A stretch of 64,000 nt of DNA from Trichoplax adhaerens. Taxonomy: Eukaryota > Animalia > Placozoa. Below the pieces are notes generated by a model, which did not search any database, was not told the DNA's origin, and worked only from the letters and a program-made list of their open reading frames with translations. Numbering within the stretch: the stretch's first letter is position 1; every line of letters begins with the position of its first letter. Location: positions 1,292,832 to 1,356,831 of the forward strand of contig NW_002060943.1 in the NCBI RefSeq assembly GCF_000150275.1, given 5' to 3'. Both the position numbers and the translations under genes were made by a program. This document shows, piece by piece, positions 40,762 through 57,500 of the stretch.

Positions 40762-42604
40762 ATGGATCCTCCTTGTAATTGTGCTGAAAGTAAGTACAGT
40801 AGCATGTATCTCATTCTAGCGATAATGTATAAAATATTATATAGTATAGAGTATATCCAACTTTTTCAAGCGTTAAAAAAAATAAAAATGGTAGTATATT
40901 ATCTCAAGAAGGAAATGTGTTTATCCATTTTTTTCTCTCGTCTTTATCATAAATCACTGTTAATATGAAAAAGGGAAATACAACTTGGGCCAATTTTGAA
41001 AATGTCTAGTTTGAATATTTCGGCGAAAATTCTTTCCATTTTAACGCCATATCCTCTAGTACATTTTGAAGTTGGTTTACTTGACTATTTTTTTGTGCGC
41101 CGTAATACAGTTCAATACTGTACGTTATAACGACTATAACCATGGTATAACTATAACCGTAACCAGGGACTTCTACAATCTACAGTACAGTAGACAAGTC
41201 CCCCATACAGTATTGTACTGTACTGTACACTACTGTACACTACGCACTACAGTGTTTACTCACTGTACTGTACTGTACACTGTACCTGTATAGCGCGGTA
41301 TCAAACGTTACGCGAGTCGTTAGGTTTAATAAATAAATAAAAAAATTAACTATAAATAAATAATAAAATTTCATTTAATTGAATTTAAAATATTTATTTA
41401 AAACAAGGCTAGTTGAAGGATGGAAAAAATTATTCCAGTCAGTCCAAAACTACTGTACTGTATAAATAAAAAAATGAACTAGAAATAATAATTAATTGAA
41501 TTGAATTGAAAAAATTTAAAATTTAAAAACAACGCTGGTTGACGGATGGACAGAAAATAGTCCAGTCTGTCTCAAAACACTGCTACTACTATACTGTACT
41601 GTATATATAAAAAAAAAATGAACTATATAAATAATAATTTAATGGGCTTCAATTTAATTAAAAAAATTAATTTAAAAACAAAGCTACTTGACGGATGGAC
41701 AGAAAATATTCCAGTCTGTTCGAAAACACTCCTACTATACCGTATAAATAGAAAAAAATGAACTTTAAATAATAAAATTGAATTGAATTGAAAAAATTTA
41801 AAAACAAGGCTAGTTGATGGATGGACAGAAAATATTCCAGTCTGTCTAAAAAGCACTCCTACTATATCGTATAAATAAAAGAAAAAATGAACTATAAATA
41901 ATAAAATTGAATTGAATTGAAAAATTTAAAACAAGGCTAGTTGATGAATGGACAGAAAATATTCCAGTCAGTCCAAAAATACCGCTACTATACTGTACTG
42001 TACTCGTAATACACTAGTTTCGAATCAACGTTTTTACTTAGAATACTTTCTTTCTTCATTCCTCAGCTGGTGACTGCCAATGTCCTTCTAACTGTGCCTG
42101 CACCAATTGTAAATGCGCACCTAACTGCAGACTCTGTGGTGGGAAAACATGCAAATGCGCTGGTTAGTATTACATAATAGATGGCGCACGTACGCGTATA
42201 TTTAAAAATTTGTTGTTATACTACATTAATTCAAATGCTGTCTTATTCAATTAAAATAATAAACAAATTATAAGATTTATTGAATGACGTTTAATGTACA
42301 GTACTGTAGTTGTACTGATAATAGGTTATACTTTATGCTTATGATGCAGTAAAGTTATTCCCATATTGCACTGTGAGTACTGTACGGTAGATATATTATT
42401 AATCGTAGTATTTATAGCAAACTGACAGTGATAACTCTACCTATGAATGATTCATAACTTCGACGTTTAACTGCAATCGAAGTTGCAGGATAAGGAATTA
42501 ACTGTAAGCAACTTTACTTCATCTTTCTAGAAAATATCAGTAGCTGCGTCTGCACAACTTGCATATGTACTGATTGCAAGTGTCCTAAAGGATGCAAGAA
42601 CTAA
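40762..42604 (+). CDS. Metallothionein, 65 aa, 19 Cys (exons 40762-40789, 42067-42162, 42531-42604)
   Basis: The spliced product is MDPPCNCAETGDCQCPSNCACTNCKCAPNCRLCGGKTCKCAENISSCVCTTCICTDCKCPKGCKN*. Both introns are GT-AG phase 1, and 28+96+74=198 nt. It has eight CxC pairs and no aromatic residues or His. The N-terminus resembles mollusc-type DPCNCxETGxCxC. Confidence 0.92.
41330..42003. repeat. Intronic tandem repeat, about 125-150 bp x5, in metallothionein intron 1
   Basis: The core aaggctagttgayggatggacagaaaatattccagtctgtc recurs near 41405, 41531, 41681, 41806 and 41933, separated by homologous AT-rich spacers. Confidence 0.9.
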
Positions 42605-44814
42605 AATATTACACCTGAAGATGTAAATGTACAACTTTTTCTGGATTTGATTAGTTATTCTCGATGTTGTTGATGTTTATCTGAAAATTTCTTTAACTTT
42701 GTTGTAGATGATAGTTCATGTTGTGAACCGTATTAATTAATGGTCCGATTAATTTCTAGTAGTAAAAATCAAAACTTTCAATATACCTTTATTGATTAGC
42801 ATGCACAATGCTGTTTGCTATCTGCTTGTAGTGATGTTTGTCTATCGGTCGATAGTGTTCATTACAATAATAACTTGAGTCAGTTCTCAATATATGCGCG
42901 TGTCGATCAATCACTTAAGTAACCAGTTAAGGATAGTAGAATGTAATAAAACCTAAAATCTACCCGTATTTTATGCCTTCGTGCCTATCAGCTAACTAGT
43001 ATCGTACGTAGCAAAGTAACGTTATAAAGTGTATTAGAGTTATGGATTGTCCTTCAATCAAATGTAAATCTGATTTCTGGTTTCATTGTATGAGTTCAGA
43101 ATAAATTCTTGCAATAAATTAATGATGATAACCGTCTCGTTAAAATGAATTCTAATAGATCTAAATAAACTGAATCAATATGTAATATATATTTCATTAA
43201 CGAATGACTCAATAACATGTAGCTGTGGGCATTTATCAGTCTGCCCTATAGCATTGTGCATAGCAGTTATATGCCTGTACAAGCGTACATTCAACATCAA
43301 CTAGGAAGGCCCTGCCGATGAAGCCATTTGAACTTTGAGAAACACTCACATTCACCCTGACATACTAATGCGGTGAAAATATATAAAAATAAGGCTTCAA
43401 TTAACGTATTGATATTCCAAATTGAAAGTGTACTAATCCTAGAAAGGTACACCAGAACAATAATGCGAAGAATTTAGTCGAAATTGATTTAAGCATTGTC
43501 CATAATAAATATATATAATTATGGCAAGCATATCCATAAATTATGAAGAGCAAAGCAGAAGTAAAATTGTACGACATCTTGATATTAAAGTAAGATATTT
43601 AGGCCATGATAACTTTCAAAGACTGGCTTTATTATCGCTACGGATATTAATTTCATCATTACCTTGATTATATTGTGATTATGTCACGATCTAATTTTGA
43701 TTACGATAGCAGTTATTGTTCATTATTGTTACGTATATCGTTATTTGGTATCGCTCGGAACTTTTTTTTATCGAATTTAGATTTGTAGCAATGAATACTT
43801 TTTCACAGTCTTGATTCCGTTGCTGAATATTGTCTACTGTTTGTAGGCCTATTTGTATATTGACTTGTTTTGGGAAATGCAGAGAAGTATTAAATACATG
43901 AGTGATTGATACGTAGCGCATGCTGATGGTATAGAAGATAATAATAATAATAAAATGCCCTTATTGCAAAACGAATATCTTGTATATGAAGTCAAGCACG
44001 AAGATGCAGTACTTTATATTAGCGGAGCATGAAAAAAACTATTATGAATGTACCTAAATTTCGATCTAGCATGTCTAAATTCTCGTACGTAATCGAAGTT
44101 AGAAACATTAAAGTTACTATGGTATAGACTATACACACTTGCCATAAAGTACTAAAAAGTAATATAGCAAGACTTCGGTTTCTTGCTAAACTTCACAACT
44201 ATATAATCTAACTTATAACATGATCTATTTCTTTTTATGGGGGGGGGGGGGAGAGGATTATTGCAAAATTTCACACCAACAGTATATCAGCTACGGAAAT
44301 TACACATAAGCTTACATACTTTAGCTGTGTAACCAAGATTCAAACATAGTCATTTGTTGATAGTATTTAATTAGCAGTTTGGCTCCGAATGCAAATAAAT
44401 CGAGCCCTGAAGTAAGAAAATACCCGTAAACTTAGTCTTGCCAATAATAGTTGCTGTGAATCTTTAATTCTATTTGATTATATTCATATAATTTGCGTGC
44501 AATGTTAGGCTAGACTAATTTTAAAAGGAAGGAGATGTATAGAAATTTACTGTTTCAAAAACAAATTTTGGCAACGGTATTATTTGTATAGACACGCTAC
44601 AATCGATACGTACTACCCGTTGCTACTAGATATTACGAGTTCGAGGTAAACCGATTTAATTGCTTAGCCCTATAGTTATAGAATTTAATAGATATTCCAA
44701 CAAATATCTCGCAATTGATTATATGATTAAAAAAGTTATTCAGCTGAAATTACCAATATTAAATATAACCATAGAATTTACGACGTTAATTAATTTATAT
44801 TTATGGTGAATGTA

Positions 44815-45110
44815 TCATGAAGGAATCTTGCGATACACGAACTTAAAATACATGCAAGCAGCCACAGATAGCATTGGTATAACGCAATCTCTATGAAGAA
44901 ATGCAGTCAATACTAATGTATCATCCAAAGAACCTAATCTATCCAAGGTGACTATAATTCCGAAAGCAGTTGCTTTAATTTCAGTTGGAAAAAGTTCAAA
45001 ACTCCATAATGAAAGCATAATCCGACTTGGCTCGGTTAATGTCATACAAAAGCATGAAATACAAGCAATCTTACTGATGTATCTGCAAACCAAATAAAGT
45101 AAAGTGCAGA
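44815..45110 (-). pseudogene. Degenerate C-terminal fragment of an SV2/MFS-like transporter
   Basis: LWSFELFPTEIKATAFGIIVTLDRLGSL matches the MFS ELFPTxxRATAxG..RLG motif. No intact upstream frame was found. Confidence 0.65.
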
Positions 45111-46049
45111 TAATCCTGTAACACTATAAAAGACATGTAGTAGTTTCAGCTAATTACAGTGGTAATTGAAGTACGGTAGCATTAAGAAGTAGAATAGTCT
45201 ACTATGTTTATAAGGCAATTTCATAATTGTCGACGATGAAACGGTATACTTATAGTATTCATACTGCGTGCGTATAAGTTTGCAGTAGACAGCTATATAA
45301 CGTGATATTTTTGTGTAATGTCTTAATATAGCTGTTAGATAATACGGAATTATTATCGTGGAAACGAAGTCGATTATCCGGTTTATCTTAGCTACTTTCG
45401 GCTGTTATGAGGGTAGAAAAGTGGATTTTTCTCTTGTTAAACGTTCTACAATATTAATAAACAGATACTTTTAAGGTTAAATGCAGTGTTTACCTGATCT
45501 TGTTCCAGGATTAGAGATTTGCTGAATTTTAATAACTCAGATTTTGAGTTAGACGACCTAAGGGGTTGTAAAACCCACCACATAATTTGGCGCTGCGAGT
45601 ACTACAAGGCAATTTTATTACTACCAGCGATACGTATAAGGAATAGTGTGATTATACCTACAATTAGGCCACAAGTGTATCAGTGTAGTGATAACAATTC
45701 TTGATGGAGATGAAGGCAAAATGGTTAAGAGTAGATAGCGTTTATTTAAAGCTAGAGTTACAGCAGGAGACGACAAGAAGATAGGTTAGCCTCATGGTAG
45801 AGAGATTACGGATAAGAAGTGCTGTCCTATAAACAAATGTACAGTAATTTCTACTACTGCTATACAGTGTAAAGAATTGACTTTCAAGATTCTTTTCCGC
45901 TCTTAATGAGAGGGTATATGCTCGGTATAGATTAATGTATGCAATACTACAGGTCATTGCCTAACAGTACAGTACAAGTACCTCTTTTCACTATGCCAGT
46001 CTAGACTCATAATCTATAGTTACTTTATCAAGCACCGCCAACTATTTTA

Positions 46050-46345
46050 CATTACATAGCGCCTTAACTTCATATAGTTATCATACTTTTAAAATATATA
46101 ACTATAATTAGCTGAAATCACTACAAATTTATTGGCCATTATATATACAATAGCGCCCTAATCTCATTATTATCAAACTTTTAAAATATATAGCTACTGT
46201 AATTAGCTGAAATTACTATCAATCTATTAATTATAATTACTATTATATACAATAGTGCCTTAATTTCATATCACTATCATGCTTTTAAAATACATAACTA
46301 CTATAATTTGCTGAAATCGCTACAAATTTATTGATTATTATATAT
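46050..46345. repeat. Diverged tandem repeat, about 95-100 bp x3
   Basis: atagygcc..ttttaaaata..taatt(a/t)gctgaaat recurs near 46056, 46150 and 46252. Confidence 0.8.
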
Positions 46346-47522
46346 GTAATATTAGCATTCACTAGCTGGCTCTCCCAAGGTCAGACGGGAAATCCCACAA
46401 AAATAGACATGACCGGCAGAAATAAGTTATCGTAATGATTTACTATATTTTATTAATGAGTACAATGTAAAATGGAGCATAAATTTTGTTTATGTCACAA
46501 TTAGACTGAGAGATCCATTACTATTTATAGAGCCAATCACTGCAGTAATATTTCCTTGCCAAATAAAATATTAACAATATTAACAATATTCAAACAGTGT
46601 AGAGGCTAATGTAGTCAATTGAAATAGCCGATGAATACGGTATACAATGAGTTATATCTATTTAATTAAAGCCTACAACGAGTCTAATAAGGAATAAAGA
46701 AAAGGTCATCCGAAAGTTGGAAATAATTAATCTAAAGATAGCTTGGACAAATTATCTTCATAACTCTTTTGAAGACTTTAATACTAAAATTGTTAGAAAT
46801 TGTACTTTGATCCCACAAGATTGTTTTAAATTAAGAATCGGAAAGTTTAGAACTTTGAGTTATTGTATTTAGGGTTATCTAATGGATAACTTGATTGAAT
46901 AATATCAGGTAATACTAACTTGAAATATCTACCAACTTAATCATCCAACATCTGGAGTTATGAAGCCATATTACTTATGATATAATTTTTACAATATTTC
47001 CTAATAGTTTTTTCCAAGATTATCCACTTATGTATTTGAATGAAATGGAGATACGTGTACAAATAAGAATAATTTAGAAGGAATATTTTTATTTCATGAA
47101 ACATAAATTACGGTTAAACAGCTTCAAATTTATTGGGATTAGAGAATTCAGCAGTAAATAATATTTTGCAGCAGTTACGTGCAATTGAAATATCATTTCC
47201 ATACGTTGCCGGTAAATGTCGTTAAGATAACTAAGTTCATAGAAAGATAGACTGTATGTCAACTGAATGCCTTGATCATGCTTTGGTATCTAACATGGGC
47301 CAAAGTAATGAATATTATATATATATATTAATTACGCATATCTTCAGGTTAAGAATCGTACATTTTGTGATGGGATCACCGGTTGAAATTAAACTTATTC
47401 TGACTCATGAAACTGTCGTAGTATCAATAAACATTACATGCAGTATTATTTATTTATGTTTAACTTACAATCTATAATTTAGGATTAAATCGATCCATTT
47501 AATTAAAACAAGATCGATAGTT

Positions 47523-48738
47523 CTAAGTAAGTCGCCCACACTTTCTATATTCTGCCAGTAAAGCATCACATTCTTGAATAACAAACGACAGCGTCTTTTG
47601 AGAATAGAAATTTGGAAATAATTCCAAATTTTCAATTACATCTTCCAAGAGATGGGCTCTTCCAACGACCGATCCAGGGGCTTCGTACTTGACATGTGTA
47701 AAATGAACATGGAAATGATAATATGATGGCTGATAGTGGATGTAAATTCGCAATTGTGATTGATTCACACCATACTTTTCTTTAATCGCGGCCTAAATAA
47801 AGTTTAACAACATATTTGTTATCATTTAAACTTTAGCATTCTAAGGAATGCAACCGCTGGCTATGAAGTTACTAATTCAATATTAGTATCGTAATTGATA
47901 CTGCACCATACAATTTTTGTAAAGGTCTACTATAAGCAATGGAATTTAATAGTGATACATCCTCCATACTATGCAAACTTACAATTCCTTGGTTTCGAAT
48001 ATTACGTAATAATGGTAGATCGGAGCTAGTTAGATCTCTTAATGAGCGTAAGCCGTGACGATGACAAATTGCAACCAAGTATAAATCGCTTAGTTGCTTT
48101 TTATCCCATTTAAGATCAGGCAATAAGATAAATCCTGTGTCACGATCTGGATCTTCAAATATTATGTTTTCGCTTTCACTCTCGTGTTTGAGTATTCTTT
48201 CCACCCACTGATACGATCGATGAAATGTAAAATTGGAAGAAAACAAATTTATACACATGACATTCATCCGTTACTGCATGGAAATGAAGTACAGAAACTG
48301 CAACGTAATACAAAAGTCAAAATTTAGACGAAAAGGTAAAATTACCTGAGCGCTAAACGCGTTCTTTTCGATAAACGGCAAAGTGATATTACGATAATCA
48401 TTAGGTGTTTCTTGTAGGAGATAAAACTGATGATCACTGTACTTGTTGATGTGCTTTTCGGTAGCCGGGTAAATGACAGTCGATTTTAAAAGATTTAATT
48501 CAGCTTTAGGGGTCAAGCTATACTGACTATAAATATCGTTTTCAAGCTGGACTTGAGCCAAGGTATCTTCAGATATAATATTTTGCATGAGATCTTTTGT
48601 AAAGGGTGGTTTACTGATTAATAATATTACATCACCATCACGATCTTTGAATTTAGCAAGGATATTGATGGATTTGCTAGCAGGATTTTCAGCTAGGATT
48701 CTGCTGATTTGAATATCTTTCAAGTTGACTAAAGGCAT
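47523..48738 (-). CDS. DCPS: m7GpppX diphosphatase, scavenger decapping enzyme (exons about 48346-48738, 47983-48207, 47523-47792)
   Basis: [41 protein letters not shown], the HIT motif [13 protein letters not shown] and [13 protein letters not shown]. Confidence 0.95.
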
Positions 48739-49032
48739 GATGTAGATATGGCTTTACTCTGGCAATGAGAAGACCTACCTTATATAAGAATCGTAGTCAA
48801 GCCTTTAGTAAGTAGAATCAAACTGATGCTGTTTCTCTTCAATTGCACTTGCATGCGATTGTACGTACTATAATAATAATTAGCTAGTGCAATACAGTAT
48901 GATATGATTATCACATTTTTTCTCGACTCTACGTATAATTAATTATAGCAAGGGAGTCTAGACTCATCAGTGATTCATTTCGGTTCTGTTTAAGGCGTTT
49001 AATAATGCTGTGCATTGTTACTACTGCAGTCA

Positions 49033-49727
49033 ATACTGTCATGAGAAATATTATAAGCTGGATATACTGTACGAGTATAGTATAATAATTAAATCAGATA
49101 TTGCACATTGAACAAGTGCACGACTGCTATGATAACGAGATACAGTGACTGAATTGAGCTTTGCTACATTTGTCAAAACTTGTGGATTATTATCTTGAGC
49201 TAATTGCGTGGTTGTAAGCTACTAATTACAATGCTAGCTACTGTTAGCGAAGGTTCTTCTTCTTCTTCTCGATCAGTATAAAAGACATCAAGTTGTGCTA
49301 TAGTACAGTAGGTCAAAGCTAACACCTTGTCTTCTCACTGACTGAAGTATTTTCTTATGGATCGTATAAATCGACAGCCTTATACTGTCATGAGAAATAT
49401 TATAAGCTGGATATATGAGTATAGTATAATAATAATTAAATCAGATATTGCACATTGAACAAGTGCACGACTACCATGACAACGAGATACAGTGACTGAA
49501 TTGAGTTTTGCTACATTTGTCAAAACTTGTGGATTATTATCTTGAGCTAATTGTGAAGTAGTAAGCTACTAATTACAATGCTAGCTACTATTCGTGAAGG
49601 TTCTTCTCCTTCTTCTCGATTAGTATAAAAGACAGCAAGTTGTGCCATAGTACAGTAGGTCAAGCTAACACCTTGTCTTCTCACTGACTGGAGAATTTTC
49701 TTATGGATCGTATAAATCGACAGCCTT
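49033..49727. repeat. Recent tandem duplication, about 349 bp x2
   Basis: atactgtcatgagaaatattataagctggatat..aatcgacagcctt starts at both 49033 and 49382, with few differences between the copies. Confidence 0.95.
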
Positions 49728-50594
49728 TATAGAGCATATGGAAACAACAATAAAATGAATATGTGTCATGAAGGCCATACAGTACTTACACAATATCAAT
49801 AAAGTCGTAGTCTGATCCGACTTGCCTGCCAGCCAGCTTTTAATATGATTAACCGATTCAAATAGTGCTACCCCACTAAAAAATTGCTTTCTTTTCTAGC
49901 TGGAATATGCTCATGGGGCATCGACTACCAATAGACGGTCAGTCATTTCAGTACTGGCTTGTGGCTACAGTATAGTTCTCGACATAGTGCATGGACTTCT
50001 AGAAGTACAGACTCTACCGACTGTACAGTGTACAGTGTACACTGCCAAGTGCTGTACTGTAGACTGTACACTGTAGTCTGTTCTAGGATTGTCCAGTCCT
50101 TCACTATACCGTAGCGGAGAACTTTTGCACTCGATGAATCTCATCCAGTCAATCTTCAGATCAAAGTCTGACTTTGCAATTAAATAAGCAGGTCGAAAAT
50201 AAGAGATCAAATTAGGTAAGCACTTGAATAATATCCACCTTCAATTGCTATTGCATGAATGGCTGTCGTTGGTGATCTTTGAAACTTTTGTAGTTTGTCT
50301 CTTGGTCAATGAACTCTGCCTACAAGTACAGTACTTCAATCAGCTGTATACTGAGTGTATGGCATTGTTGATAGTAATATCTAGGACTGATATTGCTAGA
50401 TCAATTTTCGAATAAAAAAATCTTGCATTTATTTAATCAGCTCATACTGTGATACGATGACCATGATAAGATTCGAGAACGTGAATTCAATGTTTCTTCT
50501 TTCATTCGATGTTGGATACAATACATTACTCGGGTAGACTGATTTTTGCTTGAAATGGACAGATTGACATTATTTTCTATTTACAGGCATCACT

Positions 50595-53353
<2,759 letters not shown>

Positions 53354-54523
53354 AAATCCTATTTGCAAGTATTTTACCATCGAGGATAACTATTTTTATT
53401 AAATTGATTTATACCCGTAACTTGCTCTGAATTTACCAAAATCTATTTTATTTTATGCAAATGTATTACGATGGCATATCGTGCAATTTATTATACGCGT
53501 ACTTGCTAGATAACTTCTTGTATTTACTAATAATTTAAAGGAAAATTTTAGTCACTTCGTATGTTTCAAACCGGGAACTGAGTATTTACTGTATTGTAAA
53601 ATAGTTCGAGTTAAAATTGGAAATTTACACCTTCTGAAGATTGCTAATATTGATATTATTTTGCTGGCTGAATAAAGATGCGTATCCAAGAATTTGCCAA
53701 GTTAACTCGATTAAACGACAGCTAGTGAAAACCATGCCTCCTAAAGAATTCATTGCTCATGACTACCAAAGTAATAATAATATAGAGCTAACAAGGTATT
53801 ATATGCATTAAGTAAAAGTAGTAGTCTAGGCGGTAGCATCTTCAGCAAGACTTTAGCAATAAGGTTGAGTGCACGAAGGTGACATTTCTATAACACTAAG
53901 ACACATAATCACGTTAATATATTTTAAACAACTGTTAGCTATTATGTGTACGCCAGAAGTAGAGCCACAAAGTAAGCTGATAAGTTATCGACTTGGCCCA
54001 TCCACCTTACAGAATTTAAGGTGTACGGTTACCGGCAGTACCTTTACTGATAAAGTGTAACTTAGCACGTGATTGTCAGTGCTCGTTTACTGATATAACA
54101 GAGTGATTTAAGAAATTCGAAGGCCTTTCATATATTAGCTTAAAGTCATTGAACACTATTAAGAAATAATCTTTTCTAGCTTTTACAGTATACATATATA
54201 TTGCAGGCTTGCATTTTACATAACTTCAGCTTTAGAAATAAATACCATAACTCCCATAGTATTTAAAATTTTCGTGTAAACTTTATTTTCTGCCATAAAG
54301 GCGCAATTGAAAATTGCACTCTAAGTATATTGTACACTATGTGAATGTAGAACGTGCAAGTTAAATACAATCACAAATCAAAGTATTGCTTTCATTTTTT
54401 TTATGTACAGTAGCTTTTAGATATTTAGATGAAGCCATAAATCTTGTCATGACTATACACATCCATGAAATTGCCAAGCGTACAATTGCCGTAATCTCAC
54501 AATGACAAAGATAATATAGAAAG

Positions 54524-57500
54524 CTATGGAGTAATTAGGTACTTCTGGAACGGTAATCGCTTTCGCTGATTGTGGCATTCATAAATCCATTCACTTCGAA
54601 GGAATGTCAAATTCGGAAAATCAGCCACAGCCTTAGAGAAAATAATAAAATAGAATGTCTAATACGCCATAATGAGGTAATCATACCTCCAAATATATTA
54701 GCAAACATATCAAGTCATAATGCTCAGACTGACTTGGTCAAACTTCTCATCCCATTCGTTATCTGTTACTACAATATTTACTTTCTCTCCCATGTATTCC
54801 TCAACATGCCTACATAGTTCAATATGTAGTTTAGAAATATAAAAATAGTACCCTGTTCAGTGCTTGACTTTATTTTAATTCAATTAATGAATCCAGGGTA
54901 TATACAGACTTACCCATCATAAGCAGTCAAGTAACGAATCAAAATACGACGTTCATCGTAAGAGAAATCACCATAAATTAAAAATCGCATGCCAGAGAAA
55001 TAGTCCGGTAGTGATATGTCACTATTTGGATTTTCTATTTATAATACGTCAGAAAAATTTTAGATACAATGTAATAAGAAACTGTAGAAATAATACTAAG
55101 ATCTACGAGTATTATAACCTTGAACTTCTTCCTCATCTTCAGTTGAGCATTCATAAGGATCATAGTTTTTATCTTCGATTCTGTTTCATGGCGGTAATTA
55201 AAATAAGTAGCTATTACATAAAATGGTCTAGTTTCAAGATACTTGTAGATCAAATAAATTGCAAACCTGTCAGATTTGTTCTCTTTCGATGAACTTTCCG
55301 AACCTGAATCTATACAGAAACAGCAATACCGTTAATTTGTAAAAGGGTTAAAGATAACCATCAGGACTTTTAAAGTTATTTACACGTGCCATTTCAGCGC
55401 TATTGTATTATAATATTACACAATCGGGATTATTATCAATGCAAGTCCTTCCTTTATTGGTAGTAAATGATATAAAAACAACTATGTTTAGCAGCTTAAC
55501 AAACCTGCATCAAGAGGCAATGTCGCATCGGAGTCATTTACATCATCTAAAGGTAAGGTACTGTCGGTATCGTTTGAATTGTCTAATGGCAATGTTGCAG
55601 AGATATCTTGTTGCAATGCCAACGGCAAGGTTGCGGGTATATCATCTAGCACTTCCAAAGGTAGCGTGGCAGGGGTGTCATCTGTCATCTGAGAACCGGT
55701 ACGTTCAGGCAATTTAGCAACATCCGGTTTAGAAGAGGTCGATGCTTTATTATTTTGGATACTAGAAATCTCAGCAGCATCCGCTGATTGCTGGCTAGTA
55801 ATCTTCGTCTTGGATTCTGCTTCAGCATTTTTCTTACCAGATGTCGACATGCTATCCTGTTTGGATTGTGTTCGTTTCATTGAAGATGCTTTCCTTTTTT
55901 TCCAATTATAATCTTCATCGGAACTAGTTTCGTCATCGGATCTTAAGGAATACCTTTCAAAATATGTTAATAAGTTAATATGGTTATGGTTAGATCATAT
56001 TTGGACAAACAAATATCAATTTAATATATCTCCGTCACTTTTTAGTTAGGAGTCTCTTTTTATGCTTATAACAATCTGTTAGCCAATCGCTGGATACAAT
56101 TCTGCCTTTAGTTTTTCTGACTTGTCTGTATTTCGGTGTACTCTTAAAAGCGCAAATTAAATGTGTACAATCTTTTCCCCAATCAGGCCTATACTGGCCA
56201 CCTAAATTTGTTAATTTAGTTCTTAATTGCCCTCGTAAAGGATTCTGATAACCACTAAGGACAGCTATAACTTTACGTAAAGGTTCCTCATCCGATGCAT
56301 CGTCATCGGTTGAGATTTCTTCAGCAATTTTTAGTGATATTTCTATAGAAAATCGTATATTGTTAACATAAGACACTCACATAAAGTTATCATCAGTAAT
56401 ACAATAACATGGATAACTAACTTTTAGTAATTCCTGCATTGTCATCAGTTACTTTTTGGACGGGAGTTACTGCTGCTTTTGCGCCAGTTATAGCTTCCAC
56501 TGTCATGGATAAGGGAAGCATCAGATAATAGGCACGTATATACCATTTAATTAAAGCACTTCAAGGAAAATACAATATACTCTCTTCTATAAAATTATTA
56601 GTTAATTTTTATACCTCTCGGTTTCTTCACTTGTGGACTAGCGACATTATTCCCTTTAATATCTACTTTCTGTTTTGTAGTTACCTTAGCAAGGTCATCT
56701 GACTTTCGTTTAGCTGGTATTGTGACGGAAGCCTTAGATATAGAAGCAATTTTAGAGCGATGAGATAATGAAGTGTCTACTGGCAGTTGTGAGTTATCAA
56801 CTTTTTCGTTTTCCATTTTGACTTCAATAACTTTCTTTTTCCAAGTTGAAGGTTGGAGATCTTGTGTACGTTTCTCTGCTTGAGATACATCTTTGGAAAA
56901 AGTACGAAATAATGCACCAGGAACAAATTTTTGATCATTTTCTTTTTTCATATGAAATCCTCCTAAACGACTTACTGACGGTGAAGTTTTATCACCTCCC
57001 GTGGCATCATTTCCTCCAGGTGATATTAATTTAATAAATGATAATCCATAGGTAACATTCTAACCAAATGATAAGAAATGCTTTTAGGATGAAATCGGAT
57101 ACGTACGTTTCATCAATATTGCGTTACATTTGACTAAGATCCTTTGTAGAAGTACTGATATCAATAAGATTATATATTTCTTTGTAATATCATCGAATAT
57201 CGATAAAGTTTAATACCTTATTGTAAGGCTGAGTACAAATTACTTTTATTCTATCCCAAGACTCATCAAGGACGGATTTGGATAATTTATTTGAATCTAT
57301 CATTAGAATTAATGAAATTACATAATCAAATAATGGTAATAACAGTAGTAATTTTAGAAAATGTTAGATAAGGCACTAAAATAGACCTGATAGTTTTGGC
57401 ACAAGGTATTTATAAGATTAAAGGAATTAAATTGAGCTACGGTTATGCTTAAAACATTGGTATTATTAATAATAATAAATGATAGAAATGAATATACAGT

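Noticed and set aside
40645-40968. 107-aa plus ORF
   Set aside because: Only MDPPCNCAE is real (MT exon 1). The rest is 5' UTR and intron read-through.
41330-42003. CRISPR-like repeat-spacer pattern
   Set aside because: The spacers are homologous to each other, no cas genes are present, and it lies within an intron.
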